A stretch of 64,000 nucleotides of DNA from an uncultured Nitrososphaeraceae archaeon (GCA_963779615.1 CAVZZA010000003.1:96001-160000); one strand, 5' to 3'. Positions 32,825 to 45,079 are shown, counted from the stretch's first letter. Program-made: numbers and translations. Notes: generated from the letters alone by a model not told the origin.

Positions 32825-33106
32825 CTATCCTGCTCTCTTTATTATATGGTATCCAAACTCTGTCTTGATGGGCTCAGAGGTTAGTTCCCCCTTCTTGAGC
32901 TTAAACGCGGCTTCTTCAAATGGTTTTACCATCATGCCCCTTCCAAATAAGCCTAAATCTCCACCTTTTTTTGCACTGCCTTTATCAATGGATAGCTCTT
33001 TGGCAAGGATTGTAAAACTTTCACCTTTCTTTAATCTTTCAAGTATTGAAATAGCCTCGCTTTGTTTCTTGACAAGTATATGAGAACATTTGATTTTGTC
33101 GGCCAA
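32825..33106 (-). CDS. Single-domain parvulin peptidyl-prolyl isomerase
   Basis: [25 protein letters not shown] and TEFGYHII motifs. Confidence 0.95.
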   Translation of the reverse strand: MADKIKCSHILVKKQSEAISILERLKKGESFTILAKELSIDKGSAKKGGDLGLFGRGMMVKPFEEAAFKLKKGELTSEPIKTEFGYHIIKRAG

Positions 33107-33713
33107 TGTTTAGATCCTGTTTACTATCTAGGTAATCCGAATATAAATAAATATTACCTATATGATGGGGTTTCTATTCCCTAGCCAAATACAAAGCAAC
33201 GTTTACCCTATTTTTTTCTAGCCTAAAAGAGGACAATTACAGAACCAAATTGCAAGTACACCGAATTCAAAATAATCAGCAAAGAGTTTGCCATATCACA
33301 TGGTTTTATTGGATAACTCTATCTGCACCATTTTGAACAAAAAAAGTAGTAGCGTCTGAGGATGAAAACCAGTCGAAAGAGTGCACTCTGCAGACATCAT
33401 TCCGAGACAGGATAAACGATTGGTTGGGGAAGGAGAAAAAAACAAACAGCAATATTTTCAACTAGTGTTAATTAGACGATCTCTGGATGAGTTTGAAGAA
33501 AATAAACAGAACCATGAAAGGTAAACATCATTTTTACCTATGCAGATAAACCTCCTCCGGCCGTGAATGCGGATTTGCTATGTTTTTGGACATCGCCTGA
33601 CTTTATATAAATCAAATAAGCCAAGAGACATTGTTATTTAATTAAGGACCATTACATATTCCGTTCATTCCTGAAACCGTTGCAAATTGTTGTTTTTCTA
33701 TTATCTTTTTACC

Positions 33714-34634
33714 CTAGTCCAAAATTCTGAATTTAATTGTATTGTAGAAATATGACGCATTTCTTTCGATAAGATTCATTTTCCTTGGAGCCTTTTCCAA
33801 CCCCCTTTTTTTGGAGTTCAATGATGCAATGACGGAACCAGCCCCAAAGCAAAAAGCCCATAATGGATCTTTCTCTTTTAGGTAGGAACAGGAGAACCCC
33901 GATGTCAGTATGTCACCCAATCCCGTGCTATCTTGGCCTGAAATTTTGTTGAAAGACAGAGAATACAAAATGTTTTTATTTAAAAACAATACCTGGTTAT
34001 CCCCGGTGGAAATAACAAATTCCAGGCAGTATTTTTTTTTTAATAGTTTCATTCCCTCCACAGATGTAATCCCTTTTGTAAGAGCGGAGAGTTCCTCTTC
34101 ATCTGTTTTGATGGCGGTTACACCCCTAAAATCAAGGTCTAGATGTTTTTTATGCGAAATTGACCGTGTTTCATCATTGCAAAAACGTAAAAATCCTTGA
34201 GGATCTAGCATGATAAATTTTTCCTTTTTGGTTGTGTCAAAATTCTGAAAAACATCGTTTGGGATTTCATCCATCACTGGGCTCAATATAAGACCATCAA
34301 GGTTATCCACATCCTGATAGGAAATATCAATAGGAGAACACTTGGATAATAGGAAAAGTTTTCTGCCCCCATCCTTGTCCAAATATAGTTGAAATCGCGT
34401 TGTTGGGTTCTTCTCGTCTATTTGATCTTTTTTAATTGAAATACCATTTTCTTTCAAGAATGCTTCCTTATCAGAAATGTCATTACCCACTTTAGTAAAC
34501 AAAACAACATCCAGCTTGAAGGTTTTTGCAATAACTGAAGCATAACATGCAGGTCCTCCGAGGCTTTCGATTGTTGTTCCCTCACTATCTATTATTGAAT
34601 CTATAACAATATGGGAGGCAATACCTACTTTCAT
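33714..34634 (-). CDS. PfkB/ribokinase-family carbohydrate kinase
   Basis: SLGGPACY, LDPQG and DSTGLGD motifs. Confidence 0.88.
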   Translation of the reverse strand: MKVGIASHIVIDSIIDSEGTTIESLGGPACYASVIAKTFKLDVVLFTKVGNDISDKEAFLKENGISIKKDQIDEKNPTTRFQLYLDKDGGRKLFLLSKCSPIDISYQDVDNLDGLILSPVMDEIPNDVFQNFDTTKKEKFIMLDPQGFLRFCNDETRSISHKKHLDLDFRGVTAIKTDEEELSALTKGITSVEGMKLLKKKYCLEFVISTGDNQVLFLNKNILYSLSFNKISGQDSTGLGDILTSGFSCSYLKEKDPLWAFCFGAGSVIASLNSKKRGLEKAPRKMNLIERNASYFYNTIKFRILD

Positions 34635-35245
34635 GAAATCATCAGTTCATATGTAAAAATTTTAATTAATATAATAAGGTTATTGTATGCATCAGAGCAA
34701 GAAACAAATTTTAAAACTAATTGATGTCAAAAAAATAAAGTGGCGGATTAGGCATGAAGATTAGGCATGTAAACGAGGGTGATGAGAGAGAGGGAGAGGG
34801 TTTCCTAGTGGGGTTAGCATTAATAACATCCAGTTTCACCACCTTCCTCATGTGCAAGGTGTTTCCCACAATATGATTCACGTTAAATGGATGAATGTTT
34901 CAACATTAGATCAGTTCTTTGTCCTGCAGATGCACTGTTTTCAAGAATTGCTTTTTGTAATGGTTTGATGTCAACAATCAGGCACAAGTGTAATGGATCT
35001 AAATCGATAGGGGACTCATCCTCAAGAAAATAATAATAACAATAACAATAATAATCTGCAACTCTCTTTTTCCTGGACACCATCACTGATTCGCACCCAT
35101 ATCAAACCATGTAGAGTCACAAGACACAATCAACGAAATTCATGTGTTTGCGAGCACATGTACTTTCTTTCTTTGCCTCCTGACTGTGCACTATAGCCCT
35201 TGATAATCGATTACTTAAATACTACAGATTACTTATAGCATTTTA

Positions 35246-35686
35246 ATGAAAAAGCTGTTTACCCTGAGAGGTATTGTTACCATTGGAATAATAGTCCTTT
35301 TGGGATCAACAACGATTGCCGAAACGACCTTTAGAGAAGCATTTGCGCCTAACAACGGTCGAGCTGCCATATCCGCCATCACAGGTGACAACGTCTACGT
35401 AGCATGGTGGACAAACACGACAGCCAACAAAAATGAAGATGTTTTATTTAGAGCATCTACGGACGGAGGAAATACCTTCAATGACAAGATTAACTTGAGT
35501 AACTCACCCACCTCCAATTCATCAAGGGTAGAGATAAGCTCAGACGCAGATAACGTAGTAGTCACATGGTGGGAGGCAAATCAGACAGCTGATACACCAG
35601 TTATGCGGATAAGCAATGATAATGGATACACATTTGGGCCCGTGTTGACACTTGCTGTCAATGGAACTATTGGTGCTACCGATTAA
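35246..35686 (+). CDS. Secreted Asp-box (BNR/sialidase-like) protein
   Basis: Signal peptide; STDGGNTF and SNDNGYTF Asp-boxes; NVYVAW. Confidence 0.8.
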   Translation: MKKLFTLRGIVTIGIIVLLGSTTIAETTFREAFAPNNGRAAISAITGDNVYVAWWTNTTANKNEDVLFRASTDGGNTFNDKINLSNSPTSNSSRVEISSDADNVVVTWWEANQTADTPVMRISNDNGYTFGPVLTLAVNGTIGATD

Positions 35687-36442
35687 AAGGAAAATAATGA
35701 GAATCAAAATTGTCGCTGTTGGTTTGTCCTCCCTATATGGCACCTGGGAATCTATATCATATTCCCCTCCCGCCTTTTTCCAATAAACACATCATTTTTT
35801 TTCTTTTTCTACTTCCTGTTCAACTAATATTCAACTACCACCGCATTTTCTCTTTGGATTTGTCGAGAGCATCGTTAAGCTACAACCGTAAGTATAAGAA
35901 ATCCGTGTTTGCTGCAAGGGACAATCAGGATCAATGTTTGGCAGCTTGTTCTTATCTGTTATCTTGTCGTCATTTTCTATATGTTATTGGCAATTTGCCA
36001 GCCTAACTTTATCCCGTCCCTTCAGTGAGTATCATTTTGGGAATCCTCAAGGATTCTGTCATTTATGAAAACTAGGACATCATTTCAAGCCCTATTTCTT
36101 ATACATGACATGTCTTGGAAGGACATGCCTAAAACATACTGCAAAGTGTAACAATATTCATGTTAACACGGCTCAAGTCCGTAACTTTGGAATTATTTTT
36201 ACATAATACGACACAATTCCATCATGTCTGTTGCTTCAAATTCAACTAGTGTCGTAAAGTGTTCTTTTGGCGCACCAACATTTTGGTACACTCACTCTTA
36301 TGGGTGTTCGTTTCCCAGTGTGACAAATGCCATGACAGCCAATACTGCCTTTGGATGGATACAATTAATTGTTTTTATTTTTTTGGGCATTTTAAGTCAC
36401 TAAATATAATTCTCGTTTATTAGAAACCATGAGTATTACTTT

Positions 36443-37807
36443 TTGATCGACGTGAGAAACGGCCCTTTAAAGATTTTCTCGATTAGTTCTTTTCTTAGGT
36501 CAAGGTTTGACTGCAAGAGGCTTTTGGTTCTCATGCTAGTTGTGATTATCACGGTTATGCTGGATTCAGAGATTGGTTATGTTGCGGACTTCATTCCCCA
36601 GCAACTATCGTCAAACTGGGGAATTGCCTTGTTCACAAGCATAGCAATAATATTTGCAATAGCGCAATACTTTATGATAGCCAAAGCCAATCAAAGTAAC
36701 AAGGATACAAGATCTAGAGCACTTCATCTCAATGTTACGCATATCATAGTATCCGTTTCACAGTGCATCCTGGCCGGAATACTTGCTTTTGTTATTTTGC
36801 AGATATTGATGACACAGCAGTACAGCATTGTAACGCTGTATGTATCCCATGTTATTAGCTATGGACTTTGGATCATTACTTTGGGATTTCTAGCCAAAGC
36901 CTTTTTCTCCTGGTACAAAAGGTCTGAAAAAAACGTTATGGTGCTAATACTCACCTTATCAATGATTGCATATGCAGTTAACGGCGTAATAATCTTGTTT
37001 ACCTACCTCGATATCCTGACACAACAAAAGCCAATAATATCATCAATGGACGTGGCGCATTTTCCAGAATTTTCCATTGCTTCAATCGGAGGCCAGATTG
37101 CGACTGCCAATATTGCAGCTTCTAGTGCTGCTTATGTCCTTACGTGGATAGGGACCGTCAAGCTGTTATCCCCATTTATCCAAAGACTTGGAAAAATCAA
37201 ATTCTGGATGATAATGAGTGCAACCATGGTGTATTATCTCATATCATTTCCTCTTTTTGTATTGGGATATTACACCCCATCAGACGGTATAGACGCAATG
37301 ACAAACATCCTCATCTTTTCACTCGGTGGAATTTCCACAGGGATCATATTTGGAGCCGCTTTTTTATCTGTTGCAAGAACTTTGCCAAAGCAGACCGCGC
37401 TCAGAGACCATATTACAATGTCTGCTTATGGCTTTCTTCTTTTTTATATTGCTGGATCCGCTATTGCTGCTCAGGCAGCGTATCCACCATATGGACTTGC
37501 ATCACTGTCTTTCACGGGTTTATCATGCTATTTGATATACTCAGGCCTATACTCTTCAGCTGTTACCGTATCACAGGATACAGCATTGCGCCAATCAATC
37601 AGAAGGTCAGTAACCGAGCAATCAAAGTTGCTTGACAGTATAGGTACGGCTCACCTAGAGCAAGAACTACAATCGATTGTTTTGGCGATTACCAAAAAGT
37701 ATTCTGACTCGATGATGGAAGATACAGGAGTTGAGGCATCAATGACAGAAAACGACATAAAAAAGTACATACAGAGGGTTAGGGATGAAATGCAGAAGAG
37801 GTCCTGA
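36443..37807 (+). CDS. Multi-pass membrane protein homologous to the membrane region of the 49425-52536 kinase
   Basis: About 11 TM segments; FFSWY, FG.AF and GLYS.A....QDT.LR.SI....KLLD.IGT.H..QE...TGVE.S..E.D.K.Y are shared with the kinase. Confidence 0.8.
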   Translation: MIDVRNGPLKIFSISSFLRSRFDCKRLLVLMLVVIITVMLDSEIGYVADFIPQQLSSNWGIALFTSIAIIFAIAQYFMIAKANQSNKDTRSRALHLNVTHIIVSVSQCILAGILAFVILQILMTQQYSIVTLYVSHVISYGLWIITLGFLAKAFFSWYKRSEKNVMVLILTLSMIAYAVNGVIILFTYLDILTQQKPIISSMDVAHFPEFSIASIGGQIATANIAASSAAYVLTWIGTVKLLSPFIQRLGKIKFWMIMSATMVYYLISFPLFVLGYYTPSDGIDAMTNILIFSLGGISTGIIFGAAFLSVARTLPKQTALRDHITMSAYGFLLFYIAGSAIAAQAAYPPYGLASLSFTGLSCYLIYSGLYSSAVTVSQDTALRQSIRRSVTEQSKLLDSIGTAHLEQELQSIVLAITKKYSDSMMEDTGVEASMTENDIKKYIQRVRDEMQKRS

Positions 37808-38457
37808 CTGACTGGCATTTACAAAAGAACGCCCAATGCTTTTACAAATTGCCAGTCATTTATATCGTAATGGTCATTTATTATATACATAGACGACATC
37901 AAGAAATAAATATACATAGCGTTACCAATTTTTTATAAATTTTATTTTTGATGTGCCTTAGCAACCCATCCCTAGTCAACAAGGCCGCTGGTATGCGATA
38001 CAGCAACCAAAACCATAAACCCGTACTTATACTTAGGAACATGAGTATATCAAACATATTCAAATAAAAAGTGTTTCAGTCATTTTTTTTACATCACTTA
38101 ATTGCATATTCACTTCATTAAATAGAAATGACGCAAATATTAGATTCAACTGGAATTCCATGAATAATTTAAGAAGTGAAGACATTTAATGGAATGAAGT
38201 CATCCAATAGAATTTTCATGGATTTGCCTTGGGAAATGTTTTTGGAGGTTCATTTAAGCCTTTAACGGGCCATTCAGTCGATACAGATATGTCACAAAAG
38301 AATAAAAAGTCATATACAACTTAATCATGTTGAACTTTTGATCAGGAATTCCACAGGTCTTTTATAGAGTCTAAATTGCAACTGCCGGGAGAAGAAAAGT
38401 GTTCAAGTAAAAAGAGTCGACATATCTATTAAATAATCCAGATTCCACATAACATAA

Positions 38458-38805
38458 ATGAGTCAACACAATTCTACGGCAAAAGAAGAAATGGACTATC
38501 CCTGCATTAGTGGTAAGAGTGTTTACGACCTTCTTGCCAAAATTCCCCTAGGGAAAGTTTCCACTTATGGCGACATAGCAAAGGCATTGGGGCATCCTGG
38601 AGCATCTAGGGCAATAGGCAGGATTATCGCAAATAACCCAAATCCGATAGTGATTCCATGTCACAGAGTTGTCAAATCTAGTGGCGAAATCGGTGGTTTC
38701 AAGTATGGTGAAAACAGGAAGAAAGAGATACTTGAAAGAGAAGGCGTTAAAATAGAAAATAGAATTGTGAAAGACTTCAAAAAGTTCAGATTTGTTTTTG
38801 AATAG
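38458..38805 (+). CDS. Single-domain methylated-DNA-protein-cysteine methyltransferase (MGMT family)
   Basis: IP.GKVSTYGDIA, RAIG and active-site IPCHRVV. Confidence 0.9.
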   Translation: MSQHNSTAKEEMDYPCISGKSVYDLLAKIPLGKVSTYGDIAKALGHPGASRAIGRIIANNPNPIVIPCHRVVKSSGEIGGFKYGENRKKEILEREGVKIENRIVKDFKKFRFVFE

Positions 38806-39211
38806 GCAGAGTCCTTGTTTCATCCCAGTATTGAGTGATACAAGGTTGGATAATTCCAAAAGATCATGCAATTATCAACGCAAAGGATAAAGTGTGGCAG
38901 AAATCTAGGTTTTATTTTTTTCATTGGCAAAATGTAATTATTAAAAAAATTTATTTTAAAAAAAACATAGAAATTGAGTTGTTATTGCATTATGTCCATG
39001 AGTGCTTTTTTTTGGAGGCAGGCATCATTCTACTCATAGTCTAGTAACAAAATCAAGGAATGTGGACAGGCCGAATGTAATTGTCTTTTTGTTAATGGAT
39101 ATAGCAGTATGAAGGCATCCATTAGGTCATCAACTGAGAAATGAACCGACTATCCCTTGTTTTACAGGCACTCCCGCCGATATTATCAGGATGCCATAAT
39201 TTATGAGATCC

Positions 39212-39261
39212 TAATTTAATTTAATTTAATTTAATTTGTTTAATTTTTAATTGTTTAATTT
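39212..39261. repeat. TAATT pentanucleotide microsatellite
   Basis: About five perfect TAATT units plus degenerate ones, upstream of the GT2 gene. Confidence 0.8.
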
Positions 39262-39345
39262 TCTCCCAAGACACATATCATAACAATAGTTGTTTAAGAT
39301 GATAGAAAAATCTAATACTAAAAGGAAATCAAATAACAATGCTGA

Positions 39346-40565
39346 ATGGCTGACTACCCCAATTCAATTTTGATAACCCTGTTTGTCTTTCAAGTGATTA
39401 TTTTTTTTAGTTGGACATTCTTTCTAGCCTACTCCATTAAATCAATTAGGCAAGTCCCAAAACTACAATCTCCTAGAACTATTTGTACAAATACCAATTG
39501 CCCAATGGTAAGCATCATACTTCCATCAAGAAATGAAGTAAGATACATAGAAAAATGTCTTGACAGCCTACTAGGCAGGACTATGCGAATTACGAAATAA
39601 TAGCTGTTAATGACTCCTCAACAGATAGGACAGGAGAGATAATTGAAAGATATAGCAGGGCCCATAGTAAAATAATCTATGTTGATGCGGAAGAAAAGCC
39701 AAAGGGATGGACTGGAAAGAATTGGGCTTGCTATCAGGGATATCTTTACTCAAAGGGGTCCCTTTTTCTTTTCACCGATGCTGACACGACCCATTCTGCA
39801 TCGACTATTTCGTTAGCAGTTACCCATTTGATGACAGGTGGTCTTGATGCACTTACTGCAATACCCAAAATATTGGCATATGATTTTTGGACAAAGGTTA
39901 CTTTACCCGTACTTTGGACATTCTCCTTGGCCAGATATTCCGCATTAAAGGCAAATAATCCTAAAACAAAGGTAGGGTATTTTTTTGGATGTTTTTTCAT
40001 AATAACAAGAAATGCTTATGAAAAAGTTGGCACCCACAAATCGGTCAGAGAAGAAATCATAGAGGATGGGGAATTGGGGAGAAAAGTCAAAGAACAGGGT
40101 TTCAGCCTCAGGGTTGTTCATGGCGAAAAACACATAAATGCAGTGTGGGCAAGAGATCCCTCCACTTTATGGCACGGACTACGCAGACTTATGATTCCTT
40201 TGTTTAGAAAGGAGAAAATAAAGGCATCTATGATGGTTGTTGCAACATTTATTTTACTTTTGCTCCCTTTAATCATTCTACCATTCTCAGCTATAACCGC
40301 TCTAAACGGAAAGGACGCCAACATCACTACGATAAACAATTATTCAACATCATTGGTTCTGCTATTTCTTACAATAACATCCATCTTATTATCAACAGTA
40401 ACAAACATTTTACAGCTAAAGTATATGGTATTTCAAAATCTATTGTATTCACTATCTTTTCCTTTAGCAGGATCCTTTGTTTTTATTGCGTTTCTTTCAT
40501 CTATTTTTGACAGCAGAAAGGAAAATGCTGTGAATTGGCGGGACAGAAAATACTCAATCAGATAA
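39346..40565 (+). CDS. Membrane glycosyltransferase family 2; frameshift near 39575
   Basis: VSIILPSRNE, QDY.NYEIIAVNDSSTD, GWTGK, FTDAD, EDGELG and C-terminal W.DR.Y motifs. Confidence 0.87.
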
Positions 40566-41181
40566 CATTAAACATAAAAAATTGCCAACCCATGGCAAAA
40601 TGCAATGATGCAGAATTTTTGTTTTTGAAATGAATGCGCAGCACAATTTAGAGATAACGGCATCCAGCAACAGCAAGACACACAGTTTCCATGCCTTTTG
40701 TCGTCAAGTATTCCCTCTACCGAGCACAAAAAAAATCATGAACGTATTAATCAAATGGAAAGCAAGGTGACAGAAGGTTTGAGAAGGTCATTGTGATCTG
40801 CAGGAGGATTTTCAGATCAGCAATAAAGAGAACATGAGGAAATTCTCCAACACACCTAAAACAGTTTCGTCTAATTTGGACTAGGAGGTTTGCGGAGACG
40901 CGAAAATAAGGTGACTGATGTCATTTTGCTGAAATAGGGATTTTGGAAAAAGATGGCAGTGCCGGTTTAACATGCCAACAATTTGTGAAGGGTATTTACA
41001 CCGGTTCCCTTCTTATTAGGTGAATACACGCCTCAAGGTTTAGACTTGGCAAAGATAATGCAACTACCACCACAATAGGGATAAAACAACAACAACTTTT
41101 ACCAGAAGAAAAGCTGCTCTAAAAAAATTTAACCTTTTTTTTATGAAAGAAATTTAAATATTTGCCTACAGCAATATAATT

Positions 41182-41637
41182 ATGAAAAGTATTCATTTGT
41201 TATTGCTTTCGGTGTTTTTAATACCCCTAATGCAATCTGCCTATGCACAATCTACAATGAATCAAAGCGGTAGCCCTATTGTTAATCAACCAGCAGGTAC
41301 GGATAATCCTGTGAATAAACCTGGAGACAGGTTCGGACTCATAGAGGACACCCCTAATTACAACAAGTATATACCCAATACAGGGCCCGACTCAAACAAC
41401 GCCTTAATAGGGCCAGCACAACCATCCACTAATTCAGGCAGCGGCGGCAACGGTACCTCCAATACAGCTACTTCTAGTAACGCATCATCCAATAATTCAG
41501 GCAGCGGCGGCAACGGTACCTCCAATACGGCTAATCCAATTGGCGGAGCGTTAGCAAACACGACAAAGTCAGTTGGTGAGGCTTTGGAAAAAGGTATCTC
41601 AGGTATTATGAATCTTGGAAATAATTCTGCAAAGTAG
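41182..41637 (+). CDS. Secreted N/S/G-rich protein with an internal repeat
   Basis: Signal peptide ending AYAQ; 35-bp exact repeat at 41431 and 41494 (NSGSGGNGTSNTA). Confidence 0.8.
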   Translation: MKSIHLLLLSVFLIPLMQSAYAQSTMNQSGSPIVNQPAGTDNPVNKPGDRFGLIEDTPNYNKYIPNTGPDSNNALIGPAQPSTNSGSGGNGTSNTATSSNASSNNSGSGGNGTSNTANPIGGALANTTKSVGEALEKGISGIMNLGNNSAK

Positions 41638-42005
41638 GATGGACACGACTATCCTTATCATCAGTCACATACACAGTATTCAAGTTTAAAATCCAAACCA
41701 ATGATTCGTATTTCATAACCAAAACCTTTTTCTGATTACAAAAGGCATAATGTTAAATTACAAGAATGTCTACAAATTCAATATTTTTTGGTTCTGTTGA
41801 TTCCCTTAATATTGGCAATGAATATTTCATTGCATTTGCTTCTGATTACAAAAGAGATCTATCAATGTTAACAATGGATAACTAACATAAAGGAGAAACC
41901 AAATGATAACTAAGGTAGATATGTCTTTTTTTCCAGAACACCTGATACCCATTGTTACAAATTCTTATCGTATTGTAAAATATTCAGGGCCAAAACAGAG
42001 TAACT

Positions 42006-42527
42006 ATGAAGAAAACAACTCAAAGTAATATTAAAGGCAATACATCATTAACAGTTATGTTTGAAACATTTTTCAAAGGATACGAACTGGATTTTTTAAT
42101 TGATATTGGTATCTCCTTATTAGCGGGTTTCATCATAGGCACTGAAAGGGAGTTAAAAGGCAAGCCAGCGGGTATTAGTACCCATTCATTGGTTATAGGC
42201 GGTTCAATGATTTTTACATTCTTGTCTTCTCAAGTAGACCCAACATCCACTTCAAGAATTGCCGCACAAATTGTTTCAGGAATAGGTTTTCTTGGAGCAG
42301 GAGTAATACTTAAAGGCGAGGTTCAAGGTAAAACAGAGACTGAAATTCATCAGAGTGGCCGCAGGGTTGTGAATTTAACCACAGCAGCAAGCATATGGTT
42401 TTCTGGAGCCATTGGAATGGCTATTGGCTTTAACTATTATTTTATAGCACTTGTATCAGTTGGGTTCGTTGTTATTGTTTCACGTTTGCCAAGGTTCAGG
42501 AAAACCGATAATACAGATAATGAATAA
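42006..42527 (+). CDS. MgtC/SapB family membrane protein
   Basis: IGTERE...AGI.TH, RIAAQIVSGIGFLGAG and LTTAASIW motifs. Confidence 0.92.
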   Translation: MKKTTQSNIKGNTSLTVMFETFFKGYELDFLIDIGISLLAGFIIGTERELKGKPAGISTHSLVIGGSMIFTFLSSQVDPTSTSRIAAQIVSGIGFLGAGVILKGEVQGKTETEIHQSGRRVVNLTTAASIWFSGAIGMAIGFNYYFIALVSVGFVVIVSRLPRFRKTDNTDNE

Positions 42528-42642
42528 GACATATCCAAAAGTCATCCAATCCATATGGAAATCAAACTATCTTTTGAGTTTAATGATTAGCAGATAAAGA
42601 TAAAAAAAGATTACCACATTACCTAAATTGTAATTGGTTTCC

Positions 42643-43284
42643 ATGAAATGGCTTTCTTGGCTGAAAGGCAATGATAAGGCGATTATTGAAATGTTAGATA
42701 AACAGGCTGCCAATTTGGTAAAAGCAACAGCAGTTTTAGTTGAAATAATATCAGAAAGCAAGGAAGAAAACATCAACAATGAGAAAATATCCCAAATCAG
42801 GGATTTAGAACACGAAGGAGACAACATGACTCACAATTTATTTATTGTTTTGACCCAGACATTTGTAACACCGTTAGATAGGGAGGACATTTCAGGCCTT
42901 GCTAGCGCAATAGATGAAGTACTAGACTACACTGATGGAACCGCAGATAGGTTTTTGATATTCAACATAAAAAGGTCTACACCCTATATGATTGAGCTTT
43001 CCAAGATTCTCCATTCCGCAACCAATGAAATACATCTTGCGGTCAGTATGCTGAAAAAAATGAGAAACGCTTCAGAACTGACAACACACTGCATCAATAT
43101 AAAAAAGTTTGAACACCAGGCAGATGCAATATACAGAAAAGCAATTGCCGAGTTATTTGAAGAAAACAATAACGCAATTGAGATAATAAAGTTAAAAGAA
43201 TTATACGAAAATTTTGAATCTTCCTTAGATAGATGCCAAGACGTATCTGACATAATAGAAGATATTGCCCTTAAATATGGTTAG
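42643..43284 (+). CDS. DUF47 phosphate transport regulator (PhoU-like)
   Basis: LEHEGD, TFVTPLDREDI..LA..IDEV.D and EHQAD motifs. Confidence 0.92.
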   Translation: MKWLSWLKGNDKAIIEMLDKQAANLVKATAVLVEIISESKEENINNEKISQIRDLEHEGDNMTHNLFIVLTQTFVTPLDREDISGLASAIDEVLDYTDGTADRFLIFNIKRSTPYMIELSKILHSATNEIHLAVSMLKKMRNASELTTHCINIKKFEHQADAIYRKAIAELFEENNNAIEIIKLKELYENFESSLDRCQDVSDIIEDIALKYG

Positions 43285-43296
43285 ATATGCTAAGTA

Positions 43297-43964
43297 GGCT
43301 CTGTTAACTTAAGAGCTTATTCCGCTATTGGGGTAATAGGCAAACAGATTCAACCATTGTTTTACATGCTTTAGTTTGCATTTCTTTTTTCGGCATGGAA
43401 AGTAGTCGTCAAAGCATTCTGTCCTGTCCTTGATGTACTGCACCGTCCTTTCTATCAGGCTTTTCTCAAAAGGGGAATGCAAATGGTGTTTCAGTTTCAG
43501 GAACCTGCATGCTTGCGGATACCAGATGCCCCCCATCGGTGGAAACCGGATGCCTTCCATACCTATTTGTCAGAGATGCAATAAACCGCTCGGCAACAAG
43601 TATTGCTCTTTCAACTGACACATCAATCCGAAGGATTTACCTGTGTTTTGGCTCAATTGCAGCCCAGAGCCATATGCATTGAGAGCCAACCTTAATCTGG
43701 GTTTCATCAACAACATACCCATGAACCTTTTTTCTCCTGGTTTATAGTCTCTTTGGCTTGTGTTTTTGAATCCATTTCCAGACTGATACATGGCTCCTTT
43801 TCACAAACCTTTTCAACGCCTTTGCGGTGCTTCTATAGTAGAGACCCGGGAAGTGAAGATATAGGGAACAGGCAATATCTTTCGGTTTGGTTCTCTGCCT
43901 TCTGTATATCAATATTGCTTATGGCATAATCGCGACTATAGCTTTTTCTTGAGTTAACAGAGTC
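43297..43964 (-). mobile_element. Degenerate IS6-family element (668 bp)
   Basis: TIRs GGCTCTGTTAACT / AGTTAACAGAGTC; near-perfect 8-bp TSD GCTAAGTA / GCTAAATA; fragmented transposase similar to the 17570 element. Confidence 0.92.
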
Positions 43965-44062
43965 GCTAAATATTACACCTGCAATAAATCTCATGAAAGA
44001 CGGTATGTATCAATAGAATAGAAAGATATAGTCCTCCCTTACAAGTCCAAATATATCTGGCT

Positions 44063-45079
44063 ATGGAAGAGGAAATACTATACATAACAATTGCGGCGAT
44101 ATCTACAGCCCTTTTCTTTGATTTTATAAACGGATTTCATGATTCTGCAAATGCAATAGCAACAGTTGTTGGGACCAGAACCCTCAAACCATTACATGCA
44201 GTAAGCATGGCCGCTATTGCGAATTTTATTGGCCCTTTTATTTTTGGAACAGCTGTGGCGGCAACAGTTGGAAAGGGAATCATTAGGCCTGAATTTGCCA
44301 CTACTGAAGTAATATTGGCCGGTCTAATTGGGGCAATAGTATGGAACCTAATTACGTGGTATTTTGGCCTGCCTTCTTCTAGCAGCCATGCGCTTATTGG
44401 AGGATTAATTGGTTCTGCTTTGATTTCAGGAGGCGTAAAAACTATTGTTTTTGAAGGGATTCAAAAATCACTTATTTTCATGATAGTGTCACCCACATTA
44501 GGGTTTTTAATAGCATTTATTTTTGCAATACTCCTGGTCATATTCCTTAAAAAGAAGAAGCCCCAGTTAATCAATAGGATATTTGGCAGATTACAAATAG
44601 GCTCATCTATGTTTTTTTCGTTGACTCATGGTGCCAATGACGGTCAAAAGACCATGGGTGTAATAACTGCATTGCTTATTGCGGGAGGTTTCATAAATTC
44701 TGAAGAATTTGTTGTTCCTCTGTGGGTGATGCTAAGTGCAGCAGTAGCAATTGGGTTGGGCACATTCTTTGGAGGATGGAGAATTGTAAAGACAATGGCG
44801 TTTAGGCTTACAGACTTGAAACCATATCAGGGATTTTGTGCAGAAACAGGAGGGGGGGCAATTCTTACGAGCATGGCATGGCTTGGAATACCCGTTAGCA
44901 CAACACACGCCATTTCTGGAGCAATAATGGGAGTTGGCGCAACAAGGAGACTTTCTGCGGTCAGATGGGGTGTTGGGAAAATTATTATTTATGCCTGGAT
45001 AATAACAATCCCAGCCAGTGCTGCTATTGCGGCTTTGACCTTGTTATTTATCAACAATGTTTTTGGCAGCATTTTGTAG
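44063..45079 (+). CDS. pitA: PiT-family inorganic phosphate transporter
   Basis: GFHDSANAIAT, GLPSSSSHAL, HGANDGQK and PVSTTH signatures. Confidence 0.95.
   Translation: MEEEILYITIAAISTALFFDFINGFHDSANAIATVVGTRTLKPLHAVSMAAIANFIGPFIFGTAVAATVGKGIIRPEFATTEVILAGLIGAIVWNLITWYFGLPSSSSHALIGGLIGSALISGGVKTIVFEGIQKSLIFMIVSPTLGFLIAFIFAILLVIFLKKKKPQLINRIFGRLQIGSSMFFSLTHGANDGQKTMGVITALLIAGGFINSEEFVVPLWVMLSAAVAIGLGTFFGGWRIVKTMAFRLTDLKPYQGFCAETGGGAILTSMAWLGIPVSTTHAISGAIMGVGATRRLSAVRWGVGKIIIYAWIITIPASAAIAALTLLFINNVFGSIL

Noticed and set aside
33350-33400. CTGAGGA...GAAA with a downstream hairpin, resembling a hammerhead ribozyme
   Set aside because: Stem II lacks the closing pair, the cleavage triplet is not NUH and stem I cannot form. 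The stretch reads better as a frameshifted small ORF (VASEDENQSKECTLQ...).
39212-39261. TAATT microsatellite as a phase-variation switch for the GT2 gene
   Set aside because: It lies about 85 bp upstream of the start, outside the likely TATA-TSS interval, and there is no evidence of length variation.
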